A DNA stretch of 64,000 bases, from assembly GCA_001769125.1 (NCBI GenBank), contig MEOG01000082.1:18747-82746 (forward strand), in the 5' to 3' direction. The notes under the pieces are model-generated. The model made no database searches. It saw only the letters and a list, made by a program, of their open reading frames with translations, and had not been told where the DNA came from. Made by a program: the position numbers and the translations under genes. The DNA is from Bacteroidetes bacterium GWF2_35_48 (GTDB taxonomy: Bacteria > Bacteroidota > Bacteroidia > Bacteroidales > GWF2-35-48). Positions 57,364 through 64,000 of this stretch are shown piece after piece. Position 1 is the stretch's first letter. Each line of letters opens with the position of its first letter.

Positions 57364-57580
57364 ACGTACAATAGATGTACAATTGTATTCCTACCGTATT
57401 CCTATCGAATTCCTAATTTCTATTTTGATGTTCAATAGTGCAACAATAGATGTTCAATTGTTCCTTCGATAGATGTTCAGTAGATATTCAATAGTGCTAC
57501 AATTGATGTTCGGTAGATGTACAATTGTATTTCTATCGAACACCTATTGAATTCCTACTGTATTCCTAATTCCTACATCT
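57364..57580. repeat. second locus of the 11-nt periodic GTACAATTG / CAATAGATG repeat family (two sub-arrays with inverted tails)
   Basis: ..GTACAATAGATGTACAATTGTATTCCTACCGTATTCCTATCGAATTCC.. and ..GTTCAATAGTGCAACAATAGATGTTCAATTG..GTACAATTGTATTTCTATCGAA... Confidence 0.85.
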
Positions 57581-57961
57581 TAATTTCTTAAATTTTCAAT
57601 CTACATTAATATTATAGTTTATCTTAATTTGCACTTTCTTTATAATTAAATTTTCAATACAACAAAAATTTTAACGCTTATTTTTCATTTTTTCTTCAAA
57701 TCCTTTTTAACATCAAATTGTTGAAAAATCAATTGACCTCTGATTTAAAGGCGTTTTATCTTTTTGTATTTTTGATAAACAAAATCCAATTTTTTGAATA
57801 AGAATGATATACGCTTTCCAGTTTTTAATCCTGTTAATTGCGTGTTAAAAACTAAATTGATTTTTATCAATAACAAGTAGTAATTTCAAAATCCAATTTT
57901 GAGGAAAATATTTTTGTCTTATCATACCAAAAATTAACTCTTTATTAAAAACAATACGCAA

Positions 57962-60520
57962 ATGTTAATAGAAGAAATGGCCGTAAAACAGAAAGAAGAA
58001 ATAAAAAGGTACACTTACAATGAAGCAGTAAAAAACGCATTGAAGTATTTTAAAGGTGATGAACTTGCAGCAACAGTGTGGGTTAATAAATACGCCCTGA
58101 AAGATTCTCAGGGAAATATTTATGAATTATCTCCCGAAGATATGCACAGACGTATCGCACGCGAGATTGTCCGCATTGAAAACAAGTATCCGAACCCAAT
58201 GACTGAAGAACTTGTTTTCGATTTATTGAAAGATTTTAAATATATTGTTCCACAGGGAAGCCCCATGGCAGGTATCGGAAATAATTTCCAGATCGGCTCA
58301 TTGTCCAATTGCTTTGTAATAGGACAAGAGCGACCTGCAGATTCGTATGGCGGTATTATCCGTACAGACGAAGAACAGGTGCAGCTTATGAAGCGGCGCG
58401 GTGGAGTAGGTCACGACCTCTCTCATATTCGCCCTTCTGGAAGCCCGGTGTTGAACAGTGCGCTTACATCAACGGGAATCGTTCCCTTTATGGAACGCTA
58501 TTCCAACTCTACCCGCGAAGTTGCACAGGACGGAAGAAGAGGTGCTCTCATGCTCAGTATCTCTGTCAAGCATCCCGATGCAGAAAGTTTTATTGATGCA
58601 AAAATGACCTCTGGAAAAGTTACCGGAGCAAATGTATCTGTAAAGATTGACGATGAATTTATGCAGGCTGTTACCGATGGTACTCCCTATAAACAATGTT
58701 ACCCTATTGATGCAAAAGATCCCAAGTATGATAAAGATACGGATGCGAGAAAATTATGGAATAAAATAATTCACAACGCATGGAAATCTGCTGAACCCGG
58801 TATTCTTTTCTGGGATACCATTATTCGTGAGTCTGTTGCAGATTGTTATGCTGATATAGGTTTTAAAACCGTTTCCACCAATCCCTGCGGAGAGATTCCG
58901 CTCTGCCCCTACGATAGTTGCAGGTTGCTTGCTGTTAATTTATTCAGCTATGTGGAAAATCCGTTTACACCCGAAGCAAAATTCAATTTCGATCTTTTCA
59001 AAAAACACATCATCTATGCACAGCGGATGATGGACAATCTTATTGATCTTGAACTTGAAAAAATTGACGCCATCATTGCAAAAATTAACGGTGACCCCGA
59101 AGATCCGGATATTAAAAGAGTAGAACGCCGTTTGTGGGAAAATATCAAAACAAAAGCCCGCGAAGGAAGAAGAACCGGTCTCGGCACAACAGGAGAAGGA
59201 GATATGCTTGCCGCATTAGGTCTTACTTATGGAACCGAAGAAGCAATTGATTTTTCTGTAGAAGTACATAAAACACTTGCAGTAGAAGCATATCGCTCAT
59301 CTGTAGAAATGGCTAAGGAAAGAGGTTCTTTTGAAATTTTTGATTCTATCAGAGAAAAAAATAACCCTTTTCTTCAAAGAATAAAAAGAGCAGATGAAAG
59401 TCTCTTTAAAGAAATGATGAAATACGGAAGAAGAAATATTTCTTTACTCACCATTGCTCCTACAGGTACTACCAGCATGATGACGCAGACAACTTCCGGT
59501 ATTGAACCCGTATTTTCTCCTGTTTACAAAAGAAGAAGAAAAGTGAATCCAAATGAAAAAGATAGCAAGGTTGACTTTGTAGATGAAATGGGCGACTCAT
59601 GGGAAGAATATAATGTATTCCATCACAAATTTCTTACCATGCTTCAAATTAATGGGCATGATGCAGAAAAAGTAAAAAAGTACGATGACAAACTTATTCA
59701 GGAACTCGTTCAGTTATCGCCTTACTACAAGGCTACGGCTAATGATGTAGACTGGGTTATGAAAGTAAAAATGCAGGGCGCAATACAAAAGTGGGTTGAC
59801 CACTCGATAAGTGTTACAGTAAATTTACCCAACGAAGTTACTGAAGATTTAGTTGCTCAGGTTTATATGACTGCATGGCAACACGGATGCAAAGGTGTTA
59901 CTGTTTACAGGGACGGCTCCAGATCGGGTGTACTTATTTCCAAAAAGAATGAAGCAGAAAAAGCTGTAACAGGAGGTAAAAAACGTCCGAAAATGCTCGA
60001 AGCTGACGTTATCAAATTCAACAATAACAACGAAAAATGGGTAGCTGTTGTTGGTGTTCTCGATGGCAGACCTTATGAGATTTTTACAGGGATGGAAGAC
60101 GAAGAAGTTCTTTATATTCCTAAAGTCGTGAAAAAAGGATACATTATTAAAAATGTTGATGAAAACGGTGTTAAACGCTACGATTTCCAATATGTAGACA
60201 AACACGGCTATAAAACCACGTTTGAAGGTCTTTCCCGTATGTTCGACAAAGAATACTGGAATTATGCGAAACTTATTTCAAGCGTTCTTCGTTATGGAAT
60301 GCCTATTCCGGATGTTGTGAATCTTATTGGTTCATTACAACTTGACAGTGAAAATATCAACACATGGAAAAACGGTGTGGAACGCGCATTAAAAAGATAT
60401 ATTCCTAACGGTACAAAACCGAAAAAAGGAATTATTTGTGAAAAATGCGGACAAGATACACTTGTGTACGAAGAGGGTTGCCTCAACTGTAAAAGCTGCG
60501 GTCATTCCAAGTGCGGATAA
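57962..60520 (+). CDS. nrdJ: adenosylcobalamin-dependent (class II) ribonucleotide reductase
   Basis: 852 aa. ..SNCFV.., NPCGEIPL, TIAPTGTTS motifs. C-terminal zinc-ribbon CEKCG..CLNCKSCGHSKCG. Confidence 0.9.
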   Translation: MLIEEMAVKQKEEIKRYTYNEAVKNALKYFKGDELAATVWVNKYALKDSQGNIYELSPEDMHRRIAREIVRIENKYPNPMTEELVFDLLKDFKYIVPQGSPMAGIGNNFQIGSLSNCFVIGQERPADSYGGIIRTDEEQVQLMKRRGGVGHDLSHIRPSGSPVLNSALTSTGIVPFMERYSNSTREVAQDGRRGALMLSISVKHPDAESFIDAKMTSGKVTGANVSVKIDDEFMQAVTDGTPYKQCYPIDAKDPKYDKDTDARKLWNKIIHNAWKSAEPGILFWDTIIRESVADCYADIGFKTVSTNPCGEIPLCPYDSCRLLAVNLFSYVENPFTPEAKFNFDLFKKHIIYAQRMMDNLIDLELEKIDAIIAKINGDPEDPDIKRVERRLWENIKTKAREGRRTGLGTTGEGDMLAALGLTYGTEEAIDFSVEVHKTLAVEAYRSSVEMAKERGSFEIFDSIREKNNPFLQRIKRADESLFKEMMKYGRRNISLLTIAPTGTTSMMTQTTSGIEPVFSPVYKRRRKVNPNEKDSKVDFVDEMGDSWEEYNVFHHKFLTMLQINGHDAEKVKKYDDKLIQELVQLSPYYKATANDVDWVMKVKMQGAIQKWVDHSISVTVNLPNEVTEDLVAQVYMTAWQHGCKGVTVYRDGSRSGVLISKKNEAEKAVTGGKKRPKMLEADVIKFNNNNEKWVAVVGVLDGRPYEIFTGMEDEEVLYIPKVVKKGYIIKNVDENGVKRYDFQYVDKHGYKTTFEGLSRMFDKEYWNYAKLISSVLRYGMPIPDVVNLIGSLQLDSENINTWKNGVERALKRYIPNGTKPKKGIICEKCGQDTLVYEEGCLNCKSCGHSKCG

Positions 60521-60562
60521 AAAATAACAACCAGCGATCATCTTTTTGATTGCGAATAAAAG

Positions 60563-60595
60563 GCGTGGTATTTGGGGTATCACGCTTTTTTTTTT
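60563..60595 (+). terminator. rho-independent terminator of nrdJ
   Basis: Stem GCGTGGTAT / GTATCACGC (with G-U pairs) followed by a T10 run. Confidence 0.75.
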
Positions 60596-60652
60596 GAAAA
60601 TTATTTGTTTTCTAATTTATTCTTTTAACTTTGCGGCTCAAAGTACTTTTAT

Positions 60653-61303
60653 ATGACAGAAAATAACGAACATTTAAAAAACCTGAGTGAGATACGTTCC
60701 ATCATGGAGCGCTCTTCGAGATTTATTTCACTGAGCGGTCTTTCGGGTATATTCGCCGGACTTATAGCATTGCTTGGTGCAGCTGCTGTTTACTTCTATT
60801 TTAACGAATATTATAATCCCCGTTATTATAATATGGGAGTGTTTACGAAAAGTGAACTTATGAGAGATCGGGAGCTTTATTTGTTTATCTTGTTTCTGCT
60901 TTGTGATGGCATTATCGTTCTTGCGTTGTCTCTTGCTGCGGCAGTATTTTTTACAACACGGAATGCAAGAAAAAAAGGACTGAAAGTCTGGGACAATACT
61001 GCAAAACGTACTCTCATAAATTTATTCATTCCTTTAGTTGCTGGTGGTTTCTTCTGCATGGCATTATTATTTCATGGAAAAATTTACTTAATTGCGCCTA
61101 CTACACTTGTATTTTATGGTCTGGCCTTAATAAATGCAAGTAAATATACACTCAATGATATTCGTTACCTTGGAATAAGTGAATTGATTCTTGGAGTTAT
61201 TGCATCCTTTTTTGTGGGATACGGATTAATTGCATGGGCAATTGGCTTCGGGTTATTACACATTGTTTACGGTATTATAATGTATACGAAATACGAGCGA
61301 TGA
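60653..61303 (+). CDS. hypothetical membrane protein (5-6 TM)
   Basis: 216 aa polytopic protein. ATGA overlap with the downstream regulator gene. Confidence 0.55.
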   Translation: MTENNEHLKNLSEIRSIMERSSRFISLSGLSGIFAGLIALLGAAAVYFYFNEYYNPRYYNMGVFTKSELMRDRELYLFILFLLCDGIIVLALSLAAAVFFTTRNARKKGLKVWDNTAKRTLINLFIPLVAGGFFCMALLFHGKIYLIAPTTLVFYGLALINASKYTLNDIRYLGISELILGVIASFFVGYGLIAWAIGFGLLHIVYGIIMYTKYER

Positions 61304-61602
61304 AAAATCCCATTCAAAACATAAATAAAAATTTTGAAAGCCGGATTCGTTTAGGAATTATGTCAATTCTTATGGTCAATGAGCATGTGGATTTTAACTA
61401 TCTGAAAACCGTTCTGGATATTACTGACGGAAATCTGGCAAGCCACATTAAAGCATTGGAAAAAGAAGGGTATATTGATGTGTACAAACAATTCATCGGG
61501 AAAAAACCAAATACGGTTTATACGGCATCAAAAGCAGGAAAGAAAGCATTTACGCAACATCTCGATGCTTTGGAAAAATTATTGAAATCGAACAATACAT
61601 AA
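61300..61602 (+). CDS. winged-helix transcriptional regulator (HTH_34-like)
   Basis: ..RIRLGIMSILMVNEHVDFNYLKTVLDITDGNLASHIKALEKEGYI.. Start at ATG 61300, overlapping the upstream stop. Confidence 0.75.
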   Translation: MKNPIQNINKNFESRIRLGIMSILMVNEHVDFNYLKTVLDITDGNLASHIKALEKEGYIDVYKQFIGKKPNTVYTASKAGKKAFTQHLDALEKLLKSNNT

Positions 61603-61683
61603 TTTTTTTTATCGTTTTACTTTGAAACACAAAGTACTTTTAATTATGAAAAAATATTATACTAATTATGGAATTGTTGTTGA

Positions 61684-61740
61684 AGTCGGCAGTCAAAAGA
61701 GTCGGCAGTCATGAAGACTGAGGACTGAGGACTGTAGACG
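61684..61740. repeat. short copy of the GTCGGCA / GACTGAG heptad element
   Basis: GTCGGCAGTCAAAAGAGTCGGCAGTCATGAAGACTGAGGACTGAGGACTGTAGAC. Confidence 0.85.
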
Positions 61741-61796
61741 AACGTATAAACAATAGAACAACACCATTATATTTAACTAAAATTTTTATAATTATT

Positions 61797-62513
61797 ATGA
61801 TACCGTATATGCTAATAAAAAAAGGAATCTGGTTATTTATTTTCTCAGTATCCATGGGCTTTTTCGAAAGCTCTGTTGTTGTATATCTGCGGGAGCTTTA
61901 TTATCCTGAGGGCTTCTCGCTTCCCATCAAAACAATGGCGACGTATCTTGCATTAACCGAATTATTCAGAGAAGCAGCAACACTTATAATGCTCATCGCA
62001 ATAGCTGCAATAACAGGAAAAACTTTTGTGGAAAAATTCTCGGCATTCCTGTTTTCATTCGCTGTATGGGATATCTTTTACTATATTTTTCTGAAATTAA
62101 TTCTGAATTGGCCTGAGTCATTTTTTACATGGGACATTTTATTTCTGATACCAATGCTGTGGGCTTCCCCTGTATTAGCGCCAATAATAATTTCTTTTAT
62201 TATGATTTTTTTCGCTGTGGCAATAATGTATTTCAGATTTCATGGAAAAGATATTATTATTCAGTGGTACGAATGGGTACTGCTCATAACAGGATCTGTA
62301 ATTGTAATCTTTTCCTTTACTCGCGACTCATGGATGTTTTTCTGGTGTGATGCGCTTAATTTTGAGAATGCACCCAATTATCTTGAATTTATAAGCTTCT
62401 ACCGTCCTTATGATTTCTCATGGCTGATATTTGGCTTCGGTGCATTGATTATTATTTCTGCTATCGAAGTATTTTATTTTAGGAACAAAATATCAAAAAA
62501 TAGTATTAACTAA
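61797..62513 (+). CDS. hypothetical membrane protein (about 7 TM)
   Basis: 238 aa, strongly hydrophobic. No recognised motif. Confidence 0.5.
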   Translation: MIPYMLIKKGIWLFIFSVSMGFFESSVVVYLRELYYPEGFSLPIKTMATYLALTELFREAATLIMLIAIAAITGKTFVEKFSAFLFSFAVWDIFYYIFLKLILNWPESFFTWDILFLIPMLWASPVLAPIIISFIMIFFAVAIMYFRFHGKDIIIQWYEWVLLITGSVIVIFSFTRDSWMFFWCDALNFENAPNYLEFISFYRPYDFSWLIFGFGALIIISAIEVFYFRNKISKNSIN

Positions 62514-62525
62514 ATTTTAAAAATT

Positions 62526-63848
62526 ATGACAACGCAAAATGAAAAAACCGCAGGAAAGCATTCAGTGATGCTAAAAATCACTGTAATAGTAATTTTAATT
62601 ATGGTTCTTCTTCTTCCCTCTTTGTTAATTTTGGAATTGGTGCAGGAGCGCAAACAAAGACAAACAGAGGCAATTCACGAGGTAAGCAGTAAATGGGGCA
62701 ATGATCAGATAATTTGTGGTCCAGTTTTAACGGTTCCTTATCTTGAATACACAAAAACCCGAAACAACGACAGCGCAATGTATACAAAAAAGTATGCTTA
62801 TTTTCTACCTGAAAATTTAAACATTTCCGGAAAAGTGAACAGCAGTATAAGATACAGAGGTATTTTTGAAGTAGCCGTTTTTAATGCAGACATGAAATTT
62901 TCGGGAAAATTTAATTTTCCGGATTTTACAAAATGGAACATCCCAGAGCATCTTATACAGTGGAATGAAGCGTTTCTAACCTTAGGAATTAGCGATATGC
63001 GCGGAATTAAAGAATCTATTAATTTCAACTGGGCAGGACAAACAATAGAGTGCGATCCCGGTTCAATGATTGGCAACTTTATCAATTCGGGTGTTACGAT
63101 AAAAATAAACAATCTTGCAGCGCAAAAAGAAATGCCTTTAGCGTATAGCTTTAATCTTGTGTTAAACGGAAGTCGAAATTTGAGCTTTGCTCCGCTTGGA
63201 AAAGAAACAGTAACAGAAATCAGTTCGCCATGGAAAGACCCGAAATTCGACGGCGCATTTCTCCCTAAAAGAGAAATTTCAGAAACCGGGTTTAAAGCAT
63301 CATGGAAAATTCTTCATCTGAACAGAAACATACCGCAACAATGGATTAATGAGATGCCCGATTATTATAGCTCTGTTTTTGGAATTACTTTTTTTATGCC
63401 TGCTGATAATTATCTTAAATCAGAGCGCTCTGCTAAATACGCCATTTTATTTATTACTCTTACCTTTCTTGTTTTCTTCTTCATTGAAATTCTTAACAAG
63501 CTCAGAGTACATCCGGTGCAATATGCGCTGGTTGGATTGGGTCTTTGCCTTTTCTATCTTCTTCTGATTTCTTTGTCTGAACAAATCGGATTTTTATGGG
63601 CTTATGTGATTGCAAGCATTGGAATAATAAGCCTGATTGTGCTGTATGCCGCAAGTGTTTTCAAAAATAAAAAAGTAGTCGGCATTGTTGCATCTGTACT
63701 GATATTGCTATATTCATACATCTATGTACTGCTTCAACTCGAAGACTATGCGCTGTTAATGGGAAGTCTTGGTTTATTTGTAGTACTGGCTGTTATCATG
63801 TATTTATCACGCAAAGTAAATTGGTACGAACTGGGGAAAGAGAATTAA
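62526..63848 (+). CDS. creD: cell envelope integrity protein CreD
   Basis: 440 aa. N-terminal TM followed by ..ELVQERKQRQ.EA..EVSSKWG..Q...GPVL.VPY. Large periplasmic domain and 5 C-terminal TM helices. Confidence 0.8.
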   Translation: MTTQNEKTAGKHSVMLKITVIVILIMVLLLPSLLILELVQERKQRQTEAIHEVSSKWGNDQIICGPVLTVPYLEYTKTRNNDSAMYTKKYAYFLPENLNISGKVNSSIRYRGIFEVAVFNADMKFSGKFNFPDFTKWNIPEHLIQWNEAFLTLGISDMRGIKESINFNWAGQTIECDPGSMIGNFINSGVTIKINNLAAQKEMPLAYSFNLVLNGSRNLSFAPLGKETVTEISSPWKDPKFDGAFLPKREISETGFKASWKILHLNRNIPQQWINEMPDYYSSVFGITFFMPADNYLKSERSAKYAILFITLTFLVFFFIEILNKLRVHPVQYALVGLGLCLFYLLLISLSEQIGFLWAYVIASIGIISLIVLYAASVFKNKKVVGIVASVLILLYSYIYVLLQLEDYALLMGSLGLFVVLAVIMYLSRKVNWYELGKEN

Positions 63849-63877
63849 TAATGAATTTAGCTCCCTGCATTTACAAA

Positions 63878-63908
63878 AGAAGGCGGATAATATCCGCCTT
63901 CTTTTGTT
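63878..63908. terminator. bidirectional terminator hairpin
   Basis: AAAAGAAGGCGGATAATATCCGCCTTCTTTT, between convergent genes. Confidence 0.75.
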
Positions 63909-63925
63909 TTCAGATATCTGCGCAT

Positions 63926-64000
63926 TTATTTTATCACAATAATTTTTTCAGTACTTATTGTTTTTTGCCCTGCAATAATTTTACAGAAATAAGTTCCTGC
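63926..64000 (-). CDS. 3' end of a protein with a T9SS C-terminal sorting domain (partial, continues beyond the window)
   Basis: Minus-strand translation ..AGTYFCKIIAGQKTISTEKIIVIK* ends at TAA (63926-63928). This is the typical last beta-strands of a Por secretion tail. Too short for the ORF track. Confidence 0.45.
   Translation of the reverse strand, partial: AGTYFCKIIAGQKTISTEKIIVIK

Noticed and set aside
57188-57472. Track ORF 57188-57472 (+) (..TIDVQLYSYRIPIEF..ATIDVQLFLR).
   Set aside because: It begins inside the 120-nt hairpin and translates the 11-nt periodic repeats. The composition is not coding-like.
57053-57961. Cobalamin riboswitch or NrdR boxes upstream of the B12-dependent RNR.
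   Set aside because: The region has no GC-rich conserved core resembling the B12 box and no ACACNATATNTNGTGT-like dyads. Only the AAAATCCAATTTT duplication was seen. An Rfam scan is needed for certainty.
1-64000. tRNA, rRNA, tmRNA or other classical RNA genes in the larger spacers (1899-2074, 10669-10981, 25899-26327, 26520-26835, 30235-30483, 47628-47867).
   Set aside because: No T-loop (GGTTCGAATCC-like) or cloverleaf-compatible segments were seen. The spacers are explained by repeats, terminators and AT-rich promoter regions. This was not verified with tRNAscan or Infernal.

Overview
AT-rich chromosomal segment that looks like Bacteroidota. Evidence: T9SS C-terminal sorting domains, gldA/gldF/gldG, a CarboxypepD_reg-type TonB receptor, a four-helix-bundle (23S IVS-type) protein, and no obvious Shine-Dalgarno sites. 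I saw no rRNA, tRNA, CRISPR array or prophage.

Coding content is mostly housekeeping:
- Cofactor and amino-acid genes: nadE, serC-serA-DUF1015, gcvT, queD, folK.
- Nucleotide and RNA genes: purB, rlmN, class II RNR nrdJ.
- gldAFG.
- Envelope and secreted proteins.

Accessory content:
- A ParDE toxin-antitoxin pair.
- A markedly AT-richer four-gene radical-SAM/SDR/GT2 cassette (10982-15458).
- A large beta-propeller/SpoIIE sensor phosphatase and a separate orphan SiaC-like (DUF1987) gene.
- A TonB-dependent receptor broken by one nonsense codon and two homopolymer frameshifts.

The most unusual property is non-coding. The intergenic spacers are colonised by several distinct families of short structured repeats:
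- (i) Hairpins with a conserved loop GAGCGNAGTCGAA and co-varying stems, flanked by 7-nt word repeats (GGTTGCA, GGTAATT).
- (ii) A 48-bp tandem array built from that unit.
- (iii) GTCGGCA / AGACTGA heptad arrays.
- (iv) Arrays with 11-nt periodicity built on GTACAATTG / CAATAGATG words, upstream of purB and nrdJ.
- (v) Perfect palindromes centred on CCATGG that sit exactly on gene boundaries. One of them joins a GNAT gene in frame to a signal-peptide-bearing thioredoxin-like gene.
- (vi) Several other long perfect hairpins.

A single REP-associated tyrosine transposase (RAYT, IS200-like Y1 HUH) gene lies between gldG and its DUF4340 partner. It is bracketed by ~80-bp direct repeats that each carry a pseudo-copy of the gldG stop region. 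I consider this RAYT plus the multi-family REP-like repeat landscape, together with the uncharacterised radical-SAM cassette, the items most worth follow-up.

All functional calls rest on motif and architecture recognition in the translations. No database search was run.
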